In this document: positions 42,987 to 52,933 of the stretch, one piece after another
Numbering within the stretch: position 1 is the stretch's first letter
How the letters are laid out: every line of letters begins with the position of its first letter
Source: Hyaloraphidium curvatum SAG 235-1
Taxonomy: Eukaryota; Fungi; Monoblepharomycota
DNA length: 64,000 nt
Reading direction: 5' to 3'
Assembly: GCA_025558095.1 (NCBI GenBank)
Contig: JAIVFI010000027.1
Span: 544,177-608,176 of the forward strand
Made by a program: the position numbers and the translations under genes
Notes under the pieces: model-generated
The model's database searches: none
What the model was told of the DNA's origin: nothing
The model's input: the letters and a program-made list of their open reading frames with translations, nothing else

Positions 42987-45900
42987 GCTGCACGCCGCTC
43001 CTGCCTTACAGCTGCCACCGCTGCGCGGCAGCTTTCGCCAACATCGGAGCTCTATCTCATCATCACCAATCTTGCATCGACGGCGATGTGCCGATGGCGG
43101 AGGCGCCTGCTGAACCCGGCCTCCATGCGTGCCCGGTTGATGGTTGCCGCTTCCAGCCAACTCCAAACAAAAACAAACGGGACGGTCATCTTCGGGTCAC
43201 ACGGAGCCCGGAGCACTGGTTGGCGATGCAGCGCCTGTCTGCCGATGCGTTGCGCGCCATGGGGCTAGCGCGGTGCGGGGGTTGCCGGCGTCCCTACGCC
43301 GCAAACGCCTCTGGTGCCGGTGTTTCTGGACAGCACACCTCGTGCAACCCGGACGCAGCTAACCCGCCACTCGGCGTCTCTTTAGCTTCGCTTCCACCCG
43401 ATCTCGTCGAGTTCCTCGACCGCGTGCGTGCCGAGCGGGCGGCTGCCACGGGACGCGCGGAGGGACCGGCGTCACCAGCGGCATCGTCGGCATCTCCCCG
43501 TGCTTCGCCACCCGCGCCCGCGCTGATGGCGGCCCTTGCGGCCGCCCGGGTTGCGGCCGACGCCCCGCAGGACGGCCAGGCGCAACGGGCGGCGCTGGCG
43601 GCGGCGGCGGCGGCGGCGCGTGCCGCCCCGGACGGCGGTGATCCCCCAGGCGGCGACGGCGCGCCGGGCGGCAACGCTGCGGCTGGCGGGCACGGCAACG
43701 GCGGTGATCCGGGCGACCCGGGCGACGGTGGTCCACCCGGGGGTCCCGGGCCTGATCCGCCGCCGGGCGGGGGCGCGGGGGCGCCGCCGCCGGAGCCGCT
43801 GAAGCACCGCTACCGGACCACCACCTGGAGCACGCTCGCCTTCCGGGCCAGCGAGTCTTTCCAACGGGCCTACGAGGACCCGGCGGCACCGGAAACCGAC
43901 CTGCACCGCACTCTCACCGCCTACCTTGCGTTTGGCGGCTACGTCATGTCGGGGGACTACATGTACGAGCAGAACTACTTCGCCGCCCGTCAGGTCAACC
44001 GGGGCGCGCGGCGGGACGGGCTGCGGCCGCTCAACTACCAGCTCTTCAAGTCCATCGTGCTTGCCGCCTTGAAGGGCGCTCCTGGTGCTGCGTCCGCGGC
44101 CCTCTCGGGGGAGGCCGTTCCGGCTGGCTTCACGCCCACGCTTCAGGCGGAACTGGAGGAGCTGTACCCGGGGCCGCGGGAGGGAGAGCCGCTGTGTCGG
44201 CTGTCTCTGCCCCCCAACGCGCCCGCGCCCTGCCCTGCCTACACGGACGCGGCTTTCCTGGAGGACATCTGGGCCCGGTTGCGCCGGAAGAAGGACGGCG
44301 TGGGGGCCGGCATGTCGGGTTTCAGCATGGCCAAACTTTTCATCGTGCACAACTGCGAGAACGACGCGACGCGGCGGAAGCTCCGCCCGCTGGCGGCCAT
44401 GGTGCATGGCGTGTGCACTGGCCGACTCGACACCCCCATGCTCCGGCCGCTCCTCACGGATCAAATCCTCGTCCCTCTGCTCAAGCCGGAGGGGGGGCTC
44501 CGGCCGATTGGCATTATGGAGGGCATCACGCGGCTCGCGGGCTCGTACCTGGCCGTGCGGCACAAGGCTCTTCTGAGGAAGCTCCAACAGCAGGAGGACC
44601 TGGGTCACGGGGTGGACGGGGGCGCGGAGGCGACCGCCCACGCGGTGAACGCGTGGCTGGCGGCCTTCCCCGACCACGTCGTCATGAAGGTCGACTCTAG
44701 GAACGCCTTCAATACGCTGCGCCGCCTCTTCGCGCGCGAGGTGGTCCGCCAGGTGCCTCAGCTTATCCCGTACTACAACCTCGTTTACTCGCGCCCTTCC
44801 CACGCCTACTTCCGCGACCGGCGCTCGGCGGAGCTCCTTTTCCGGATCACCATGTACGAGGGCAACATCCAGGGCGACCCGCTGTCGTCTGCCATCTTCT
44901 CCTGCGCCATGAGCCGCATGCTGCGGCCCATCCGCTCTGGGCACCCCGACTGCCTCATCCTTGGGTACCTCGACGACCTCACCGTGGTCGGGCCGCTGGA
45001 CTCGGTCATGGCCGTCCTGGGAGAGGTGCGTGACGGCCTTTCTTCCCTCGGCATGACCCACCGCCCGGACAAGAGCTACCTGCTTTCGCTCTCGACGAAC
45101 CCGGCCGTGCTGGAGCGGGTGCGCGCGGCCGGTGCGGCCCACAACATCCGCGTCGCTGGCTTCCCGCCTCACGAGGCCGACCCCGAGGTGCATGCCACGG
45201 CGTCGGCCCCGGGCTCGCCTGACTTCGCTCGCTCGTGCGGCCTCAAGGTGGTAGGTGCCCCGGTCGGCACCCCTGCCTATGTGGAGTCGTTCCTCGCGGC
45301 CAAGATCGACTCCATTGCCGCTCTTCTCGATGAAATCGAGCGCGCCGCGCTCGGCTACGCCATGCCGGCCGACATCCCCTCCCTCCAGGGCCTGTACTCC
45401 CTCCTCCGTCTCTGTGTGACCCAGCTCTTCTCGTTTTGGCTCCGCATTCTCCCCCCCTCGGTTACCCAACCCTTTGCTCGACGTCTTGACAACGCGCTTT
45501 TCACCACCTTCTTGCGCTTGCTGGGAGATCGGGCCGAGGATCTGGATCCGCTGTCGGTGGAGGGTCGGACTGTGCGGGAGCAGGTATTCTTGGGTCTGCA
45601 CTACTCGGGGATGGGGCTTCTGTCATCGGAGAAGGTGGCCTCGGCGGCTTACCTGTCTTCACTCAACCTCACGGCGGGCCCCTTGGACGCCATGCTTGGT
45701 CTTCGAACCTCGGCCCGGGGTGTGGGCGTGGAGCACGTGCGGGAACTGGTTCCCGTCATCGAGGCCCTCCGCCCCGCCTTTGAGCGTGTCGAGGATGACA
45801 CGGCCGCAGCGTACGCCGAGGCTGCGCGTGCTGGGCAACCGGTGGGCGCCGCGCCCGCCCGCCGTACGCTCCCTGCGGACGCCAGTTTCTTCGCTCAGCC

Positions 45901-46894
45901 GGTCTGGCACGGCCTGCAGAGCGACCTTACGCGTCTCGAGGACCAGCGCCGCCTCGCGGCTCTGATTGCCTTGCAACCCGACACTTCCGCTGGTCTGGAG
46001 CGCCGCAAGCGGCTCGTCCAGGCGCAGGACGGCCTGTCGGCTTTCCTGACTGCCTCTCCCGCGCTGCTTGCCAACCACATTCGCAACAACTTTTTCCGCT
46101 TACTTGTACGCTTCCGGCTTTGCCTCCCGCTCCTGCACGAGGCCGACTACCCTGGTCTTTCCTTGCCCTGCCGGCGGGGCTGCAAGCGATCGGCCATGTC
46201 GCTGACGGGGGAGCACGCGTTCTCGGGCTGCTATGGCCGGGATCTCTTCAGTCCTGGTCACGACGACATTTGCGCGGCCATCCGCGCGGCGCTTCGCTCC
46301 ATCCCGCTCCTCCGCGTGCACCCCATGCCGCCAAACCTCCTTGCGCATGGCTACGAGACTGTCACCCCGCCCACGCCTGCGGATGCTGGCCGCCTTGGCG
46401 ACATTCTCATCACGCACCGCGAAACCCGGAAACGGTGGTTGCTCGAGATCAAGACCCTCACCTCTATGGCCCATTTGCACACGGGCCTGGTCTTCTCGGT
46501 CCCGGGCCACGCAGTCGAACGGCGGGTCGAGGCCGCCAGGAAGGACTACTCCCGTTTCGTCTTCAACGCCAACTTCTACCCTCTGATCGTGCTTGCTTTT
46601 GATTCGTACAGCGCTGTCTCTGCCACTTTCTCGCGCTTCTCCTCGGAGATGGGGCGCATCCAGTATCCCGGGATCGTCGGCCGCGATGGGCAGCCCGTGG
46701 ACCTCGATGGCCTTTACTCTCGTTTTGTGCGGCGCTTCCGCGAACGGATCGCGGTGGCCTGGGCTCTTGGCGTCGCGGCCCAACTCCAACACTGGCTTCA
46801 GCTGTGCACCGAAGCCGCCGCTGTCAACGCTCCGGCCCCCGCGCCGGTCGCTTTTGGTTTGAATGTAGATGAGGAGCTGATTCTTGGGGCGTAG
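42983..46894 (+). CDS. Retrotransposon ORF3: zinc fingers + reverse transcriptase + CCHC + restriction-like endonuclease
   Basis: N-terminal fingers CHRC..H, CPVDGC..H..H and CGGC..H..C. RT motifs LKPEGGLRPIGI, KVDSRNAFN, QGDPLS, YLDD and VVGAPVG. C-terminal CRRGC-x10-H-x4-C, GHDD, RLGDILI, LEIK and RKDY. Confidence 0.95.
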   Translation: MSCTPLLPYSCHRCAAAFANIGALSHHHQSCIDGDVPMAEAPAEPGLHACPVDGCRFQPTPNKNKRDGHLRVTRSPEHWLAMQRLSADALRAMGLARCGGCRRPYAANASGAGVSGQHTSCNPDAANPPLGVSLASLPPDLVEFLDRVRAERAAATGRAEGPASPAASSASPRASPPAPALMAALAAARVAADAPQDGQAQRAALAAAAAAARAAPDGGDPPGGDGAPGGNAAAGGHGNGGDPGDPGDGGPPGGPGPDPPPGGGAGAPPPEPLKHRYRTTTWSTLAFRASESFQRAYEDPAAPETDLHRTLTAYLAFGGYVMSGDYMYEQNYFAARQVNRGARRDGLRPLNYQLFKSIVLAALKGAPGAASAALSGEAVPAGFTPTLQAELEELYPGPREGEPLCRLSLPPNAPAPCPAYTDAAFLEDIWARLRRKKDGVGAGMSGFSMAKLFIVHNCENDATRRKLRPLAAMVHGVCTGRLDTPMLRPLLTDQILVPLLKPEGGLRPIGIMEGITRLAGSYLAVRHKALLRKLQQQEDLGHGVDGGAEATAHAVNAWLAAFPDHVVMKVDSRNAFNTLRRLFAREVVRQVPQLIPYYNLVYSRPSHAYFRDRRSAELLFRITMYEGNIQGDPLSSAIFSCAMSRMLRPIRSGHPDCLILGYLDDLTVVGPLDSVMAVLGEVRDGLSSLGMTHRPDKSYLLSLSTNPAVLERVRAAGAAHNIRVAGFPPHEADPEVHATASAPGSPDFARSCGLKVVGAPVGTPAYVESFLAAKIDSIAALLDEIERAALGYAMPADIPSLQGLYSLLRLCVTQLFSFWLRILPPSVTQPFARRLDNALFTTFLRLLGDRAEDLDPLSVEGRTVREQVFLGLHYSGMGLLSSEKVASAAYLSSLNLTAGPLDAMLGLRTSARGVGVEHVRELVPVIEALRPAFERVEDDTAAAYAEAARAGQPVGAAPARRTLPADASFFAQPVWHGLQSDLTRLEDQRRLAALIALQPDTSAGLERRKRLVQAQDGLSAFLTASPALLANHIRNNFFRLLVRFRLCLPLLHEADYPGLSLPCRRGCKRSAMSLTGEHAFSGCYGRDLFSPGHDDICAAIRAALRSIPLLRVHPMPPNLLAHGYETVTPPTPADAGRLGDILITHRETRKRWLLEIKTLTSMAHLHTGLVFSVPGHAVERRVEAARKDYSRFVFNANFYPLIVLAFDSYSAVSATFSRFSSEMGRIQYPGIVGRDGQPVDLDGLYSRFVRRFRERIAVAWALGVAAQLQHWLQLCTEAAAVNAPAPAPVAFGLNVDEELILGA

Positions 46895-47040
46895 GGGGAT
46901 TTCTAAGTGTACGGTGGGATTGCTAGCTCCTCATTACACACACGGGGCGCGACCAAGCCCAGTCGAATCGGGCGAGATCGGGCCATCGAAACGTCGAATT
47001 CAAGATCGCACCAGCGGATGGTATCGAACGCAGCTCCCAT

Positions 47041-48122
47041 TCAGGTCCCCGGGTCGCCGTTGGGCTCGGCGTCGGCCACCTCGGCCTCGCCCAGCTCCTC
47101 CATCAGCCCGTCCTCGTCCTCCATCCCCTCGTCGCCGTCTTCCTCCGACGACGCTTCCCCATCCCCATTGTCCCCCTCGGGGGCGCCGGGTCCCCGCTTG
47201 TACCCCGCCACCCCGTAGCATTCCGTCCCGCTCTTGGCATGCACCGCGCACCGGTCCTTCTTCCTCGCCACGCTGGAAAAGAACCTCCCCAGGGCCAGCC
47301 CGAGGTAGCCGTAGAACAGCACGCGGTTCTTGCCCCGCCGCTCGTTGGCGAGCCTGAGGGCGTCGGGGCCGCGGCGGGCGAACGCGGTTCGGGCCTGCGC
47401 AGGGGGGGGGCAACGTCGTCAGCTCCCCACTTCCATCCTTCCACGGCTCGCAGGCGACGCACCGGAAGCCAATGAACCTTGCCCACCGCCCTGAACTCCC
47501 CGTCCCCCTTGATGCAGGGCAGCTTTTCCCGCCCGTCCTCGCACCGCAGCAGCCACTCGGTCACCAGCTCGTCCGCCTTCCTCGCGTAGCCCGGGAACGG
47601 CCTGCCCGCGGCACGGCAGAGGTGCTTGGCCTCGTCGGAGGGGACGAGCGGGGGTAAGGAGGGGCGGGGGGGCACAACGGGCGGGGAGAGGGAGGTCAGC
47701 GGGTCGTCGTCCGAGTCGTCCGCAGCCGGGGGGGCAGGCGGTGGGTGAGCGGGGCTCGGAGACGGACCAGCAGTGCCGTGAAGCAGGTTGCGCAAGGATT
47801 CCAGCGCCCTCCTGTCCTCGCCCCTCGCGGCCCCCAGCTTGGCCATGCACGCGTCCAGCTCCCTCCCCGCCCTCCGCGCCTTCTCCTCCCAGCACCCTTC
47901 CCCTCCCTCCCCCACGCGACCCCCACCATTGCCCGCCGTCCGAGACGCGTCCCCTTCCCCATTCACGGACAGCCGTTCCGCGGGGTCACGCGCGGCGTGC
48001 AGCTCCGCCAGCTCGCGCGCTCGCGCCGCCAGGCTGTGGTAGAGCGCGGAGAGCGCGGAGGAGGCGGCGACGGAGGCCGAGCGCGCGGCGGAGAGGGCGT
48101 CGGGCGACGACGGGGCGGGCAT
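47041..48122 (-). CDS. Uncharacterised protein (coiled-coil N-terminus, acidic C-terminus), intron near 47340-47400
   Basis: ORF from MPAPSSPDAL, with a terminal exon in ORF 47041..47322. No family recognised. Confidence 0.55.
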
Positions 48123-48520
48123 CGCGGGTGTGCTGTGTGGGGAGATGGAGGGGGACGGCGGGACCGCGCGAGGGCGGGGACGTGAGGTGTACCCCGGCCG
48201 CGATTCAAATGGATCGAATGGTCCGGTCCTCACTTGCGTTGCAGCTCTTTCTTCTCTTATCTGCTTCCATCCGTCTTCCTCGTGTCGTCCTCTGCGATCT
48301 GTCGCGACTCTCTAACCGAGAATCAATACTGCGCCGACCGGGGCATCCGGGCGTCACGGTGATGCCGGCCCGGGCTGGCATCCTTCACAACTCGGCGTGA
48401 CAATGGCATGGGGATGGGGCGGTTGGGAAGGGCGAAAGGAGCCACATAGGCGGTTCCTGAGGCTTCCTTTAGCGCCAAATCATCGGTCCTCCGTGGACTT
48501 CCTACGACCAGCCTATCCCA

Positions 48521-49140
48521 ATGGCGGCTACCGCTTCCTTACCGACGACGGTCGACAATCCTGCTGCGCGCCTGGCAAATTTGAGGAGCTCGAAAATCGC
48601 CCTGGAGGTCTTGGCCGAGGATCCGCACGACCCGGTCCTTGCGGCCGCGCTCCGCAACGAGCCCGAGAGGCTGGAGAAGCTCATGGCAGTCGCGCCAGCC
48701 CAATTAAACCGCGAAGAGATCCGCAAGGGGAGGCTTGTGGGGCCCCGGAAAGGATCGACGGCTACATGAGCGACAAGTTTCACCGGGTTCGCGTGTTCCG
48801 TTCTCTGCGAAGCGTTGCTCTCCCGGCTCGGTCCGCGCCCTCCGCCCACCGCCGGGCTTGCTGCCGCTGTCGTCCTCGCAGACGGCCGCCCGGCCGGCTT
48901 CCGCGGCATCATCAGGCTCCTCCTGCACCACGGCGCCGATCCGAAATCGCCTTTCGTGAGGGCCGCGGTGCTGGGCGTCGAAGACGACAAGGATCCGTAC
49001 CGCGGTTTCGGACGGGACGTCGCCGACGTGCGCAGGTGGCACCGGTGGATCGAGCGCGGATGCTTCGATCGGAGAAATGATCGCGGTGGTCGTGTGGGAG
49101 CGGCTCTGCTGGAGCACCTCGTGATGATGGCCGGAGGAAT
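48521..49140 (+). pseudogene. Internally deleted copy of the DPVLAAA family
   Basis: DPHDPVLAAALRNEPERL (48521..48769), followed almost directly by the C-terminal IIRLLLHHGADPKSPFVRAAVLG...RRWHRWIER. Confidence 0.78.
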
Positions 49141-49192
49141 CGACTTCACTTGCCACCCACCGGCCGGAACTCCCCCATCCCAAGCCGACGAA

Positions 49193-50818
49193 ATGCCCCC
49201 CGTCCTCTTCTCCGGCGGCCGCATCTTCACCTCCGACCCCTCGTCCCCCTTCGCCGAGTCCCTCGTCGTCGATGGCGAGCGCATCGCGTTCGTCGGCACC
49301 CTCGCCGCGGCCCGCGAACGCGCCGGGCCCGGCGCGCGCCACGTCGACCTGAAGGGCGGCGTCGCCATGCCCGGCTTCGTCGACGGCCACGCGCACATCC
49401 TGGGAATGGGCGGTAGCCTGCTGATGGCGCAGCTGCGCGGGCTGGGCAGCCTGGAGGACATCCTCGCGGTGCTCGGAAAGTGGCACGCCGAGAACCAGGA
49501 CGAGGAGAGGGTGCTCGGGCTGGGGTGGCTATATACCGCCGTGCCGGGGGGGAAGCCGACGCGGCAGATGCTCGACGGACTGTTCCCGGACAAGCCGGTG
49601 TACCTGCTGGCGTCGGACCTGCACTCGAGCTGGCTCAACTCCAAGGCGCTGGAGGAGGTGGGGATCACGCGGGAGACCAAGGATCCCGTCGGCGGGTGCG
49701 TCGTGAGGGACGAGAACGGCGACGCGACGGGGCATCTGGTGGAGACGGCGCACTTTGAGAGCACGTTCCCGATCATCAACGGCGGCGCCGCGGAGCTCAG
49801 GGCCAAGCGGTTCGCCGCCGCGATGAAGGCGTACAACTCGACGGGGGTCACGGCGGCGGTCGAGATGGCGCTCGAGAAGCCGGCGCTCGAGACGATGCTG
49901 CGCGCCGAGAAGGAGGGCAAGCAGACGCTCAGGGTCGTGGCGCACTGCATCATCCACCGCAGGGACACGCCCGAGGAGGAGCTGGCGCAGGTCGCCGAGG
50001 CCGCCAGGTTTGCCAAGGAGACCGAGGGCAGCGACATGTTCCGCGTGGCGGGGATCAAGCTCGTCACGGACGGCGTGATTGACGCCTGCACGGCGACGCT
50101 GATCGAGCCGTACGCCAACGGGAGCAACGCTGAGCCCATCTGGGACCGCGAGAGCCTGGAGAGGGTGGTGCTGGCCGCCGACTCCGCGGGGATCCAGATC
50201 GCGCTGCACGCCATCGGCGACCAGGCAGTGCGCAACGCCGTCGACGCTCTCGAGAGGGCGCAAAAGGAGAACGGCACCTCGGGCCGGCGCCACCGGATCG
50301 AGCACCTCGAGTACACCGACGAGGCGGAGGTCGCTCGGCTCGCCCCGTTGGGCATCACCGCGAGCATGCAGCCGGTGCACTGCAACCCGGCCTACCTGTC
50401 CAACTGGATCGAGCAGCTCGGGCAGCCGCGCGCCGCCCGGGGGTTCGCCTGGCGCGAGTTCCTCGACGCGGGGGCGACCTTGGCGTTCGGCACCGACACC
50501 CCCACGGCGCCGCACATGCCGCTGCCCAACATTTACATCGCCGCGACGAGGAAGCACCCCGACGACCCCACGATCCCGCCGCTGGGACCGCACCACGCGC
50601 TACCTGTGGATGAGGCGGTCGTGCACGCGACCAAGGACTCTGCGTGGGCGAGTCATATGGATGGGAAGGTGGGGATGCTGAAGGAGGGGCTGCTGGCGGA
50701 CGTGGTGGTGCTGAACGGCGACCCGTTCGCGGAGGGTGCGGCGCCGGAGCAGCTTCTCAAGACAAGGGTGGTGATGACGATGCTGGGGGGCAAGGAGGTG
50801 TTCCGGGCCGACGAGTAG
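49193..50818 (+). CDS. Amidohydrolase family 3 (YtcJ-like) metallo-hydrolase, intronless
   Basis: GGRIFT, PGFVDGHAH, GIKLVTDG, HAIGD, RHRIEH, SMQP, FGTD and GLLADVVVL. Confidence 0.93.
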   Translation: MPPVLFSGGRIFTSDPSSPFAESLVVDGERIAFVGTLAAARERAGPGARHVDLKGGVAMPGFVDGHAHILGMGGSLLMAQLRGLGSLEDILAVLGKWHAENQDEERVLGLGWLYTAVPGGKPTRQMLDGLFPDKPVYLLASDLHSSWLNSKALEEVGITRETKDPVGGCVVRDENGDATGHLVETAHFESTFPIINGGAAELRAKRFAAAMKAYNSTGVTAAVEMALEKPALETMLRAEKEGKQTLRVVAHCIIHRRDTPEEELAQVAEAARFAKETEGSDMFRVAGIKLVTDGVIDACTATLIEPYANGSNAEPIWDRESLERVVLAADSAGIQIALHAIGDQAVRNAVDALERAQKENGTSGRRHRIEHLEYTDEAEVARLAPLGITASMQPVHCNPAYLSNWIEQLGQPRAARGFAWREFLDAGATLAFGTDTPTAPHMPLPNIYIAATRKHPDDPTIPPLGPHHALPVDEAVVHATKDSAWASHMDGKVGMLKEGLLADVVVLNGDPFAEGAAPEQLLKTRVVMTMLGGKEVFRADE

Positions 50819-50968
50819 ACGGTAGTATGGTGAGAGTGGTCATCACATTATTGGAGTGCCGGGTGTGTATGACCGAACGTCTCTGCCGCGGGTTTCCCCG
50901 CCGCCTCCGATCCCCTTCCGCAGAAGCTTCCAAGTTCCACCCCGACTCACCGGCCCCAAAGCACCAAC

Positions 50969-52735
50969 ATGAAGGCCGACGACCACGCGGCCGTGGACCC
51001 GAACGAGTTTTCCAGTCTCCCGCAGAAGCTCGCCGGGCCGCCGGACCAGTTCGGCGCGGCGGCGCTGCGGCACCGGCGGGGCGGCCCCACCGTTGACCCG
51101 CGGCACCTCTCGCTCGCGGACCCTCTCTCGCCGGGCGTGCCAATCCTGCCGCTGCCTACGGCCTCCGACAGGCCGCTCCTTGGCCGGTGTGCGCCGCCGC
51201 TGTCGGAGGCGGATGCCGCCCAAATCTTCGACGCCGCCGGGCTGCCCGCGCTCGCCTTCCTCTGCCGCGCCCGGCTCGCCATGACGGTCACCGAGAAGAA
51301 GGCGGCGCCGTTCATGCTCGGCTGTGTCGTGTTCCTCGCCACTTCTCCCGCCTTGCTCGCCGCAATCGGCCTGGCCCGCCCGCCCGGCCCCGCCGGCCCA
51401 TTCGCCACGGCCTGCGCGGGCATCCTCTTCGCGCTCTTCGTCAATTTCGGCACCGTGCCACTGGCGCACCACTTCGTACTCGCGGCCCCTCGGTTCGCAT
51501 CGCCCGCCGATCCCAATCTCGTGGGCGGCTACACTTCCCTGTTGGCCTGGTACTGCGCCCGCACCATCGGTGCCAAAGGTGGCCAGGACGGCCCATCGCC
51601 GCTGTTGCAACACCTCCCCCCGCCACAGGATTTTGCGTCGGTGGAACCGCTGCTGGTGCCCGAAGAAGTGCCGACGCGGCCCACGTCCGGCTCACCGTCC
51701 CGCTCCGCGGCGTGCCCCTGCCCCGCCTGCCTCGGCGTCTTTGCCGGCGGTGGCTGGCGCAGCGTCGCCGCCTTTTTCCTGCTCCACTACGTGTTGACCG
51801 CGGGTATCTTGTACGCGATGGTCTGCCTTTGCTTCTGGGATCTCTGGGCCGGGCCGGGGAGCCCGCTGTACGCCCATGCCTGGGTCGCGGCATGCTTCGC
51901 CGCCCATTGTTGCGCTCTGGCGGTCACCATTCCCGTTTCTCCCGGGAGAGACAGCTACGTGCTGCTCCAGGCGAACGTAAGACTGATCGCCAGGGTGCAG
52001 CTCCGCGCCGCCACGGCCGCGTGCGGAAGCTTCGTGCGGGAGTGCGCCGAAAGCCTGCGGAGGGGCCGCCAAACGGACGGCCTGCACGTCGTGATCGAGG
52101 TCGAAACTCGCGCTGCGGAGGATCCAACTGATAAGTCAGCGGCAAGGACGGTCGGGTCGATCCCTACAGCCGCCTCCGAAGGCCGCCTCCCCGAGCTCTA
52201 TGCCCGCGTGGGCTCCGACATTATCGAATATTCCCGCGACCAGATCGGGAACAAGGGCATCTACCTTAAGCTCCCCCTCGCGCTGTCGCTCGCCTCCCTC
52301 CTCGCCGCGCTGGTCTGCTCGTTCCCCTTCGGCAGGTCCTGCTTCCCTGCCTGGGGATTTGCTATCCCCCTGTACGGCCTGCACATGGCGCTGATCAACC
52401 TCGGATCCATGGCCATCGTCAACGCGTCCGCGGCGGACGTCGGGGGTGTCTACCGCGCGGCCGCAGAAGCGCTCGCATCCCTGCTCGCGGACCCGCGGCT
52501 CGACGACGCCCCTGGCACGTTATCCGCTGCGCTCGCGGCCCGCATGGAGCGGCACCGCGTCGCGCTCGGCAGCATTGCGGATGCTCTCTCCCGCGGGACG
52601 GCCAAGGGCAAGGTGCTGGGGTTTACCGTCACGGCGGCGTCGCTGGCCAACCTCGCGCTGGCGGGTTTGACGGTCGGTGCAACGCTGTTCCGCGCGTTCG
52701 GTCTGAGGCTGCAGCTGGGCACCTACTGCACGTGA
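50969..52735 (+). CDS. Multi-TM family protein, intact and divergent copy
   Basis: 588-aa ORF with about 7 hydrophobic segments, CPCPACLG, PELY, LGSMAIVN and C-terminal KVLGFTVT...TLFRAFGL...YCT. Confidence 0.75.
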   Translation: MKADDHAAVDPNEFSSLPQKLAGPPDQFGAAALRHRRGGPTVDPRHLSLADPLSPGVPILPLPTASDRPLLGRCAPPLSEADAAQIFDAAGLPALAFLCRARLAMTVTEKKAAPFMLGCVVFLATSPALLAAIGLARPPGPAGPFATACAGILFALFVNFGTVPLAHHFVLAAPRFASPADPNLVGGYTSLLAWYCARTIGAKGGQDGPSPLLQHLPPPQDFASVEPLLVPEEVPTRPTSGSPSRSAACPCPACLGVFAGGGWRSVAAFFLLHYVLTAGILYAMVCLCFWDLWAGPGSPLYAHAWVAACFAAHCCALAVTIPVSPGRDSYVLLQANVRLIARVQLRAATAACGSFVRECAESLRRGRQTDGLHVVIEVETRAAEDPTDKSAARTVGSIPTAASEGRLPELYARVGSDIIEYSRDQIGNKGIYLKLPLALSLASLLAALVCSFPFGRSCFPAWGFAIPLYGLHMALINLGSMAIVNASAADVGGVYRAAAEALASLLADPRLDDAPGTLSAALAARMERHRVALGSIADALSRGTAKGKVLGFTVTAASLANLALAGLTVGATLFRAFGLRLQLGTYCT

Positions 52736-52933
52736 TCGGACCTTCTGCGGAACGGGGTTTCAAATCGCCAGCAGGCGATCAGCTCAGCTGAAGATGCATG
52801 TGCAAGTCTACATGATTGGTGCTCCTTCGACTTCGGGTATCGTCTCCATGCTTTTCTGCCGTCTTTCTTTCCCACCGTGACTCTATGAACCGCGTCCATC
52901 CATTCCGAAGCGACCCCCGTGCCCAAAGATCCA

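Larger units (their letters stand above)
39991..46943 (+). mobile_element. Non-LTR retrotransposon of the RLE class (CRE/Cnl1/MoTeR-like RT) with three ORFs, apparently intact
   Basis: 9-bp TSD GGGGCGCGA at 39982-39990 and 46944-46952; the 3' end is TCATTACACACAC; three uninterrupted ORFs fill the interval. Confidence 0.9.

Noticed and set aside
43472-45601. Long antisense ORFs opposite real genes (also 23297..25126, 30130..32043, 48502..50385, 53877..55343)
   Set aside because: These are shadow ORFs expected from very high GC3 codon usage; they contain no recognisable motifs.
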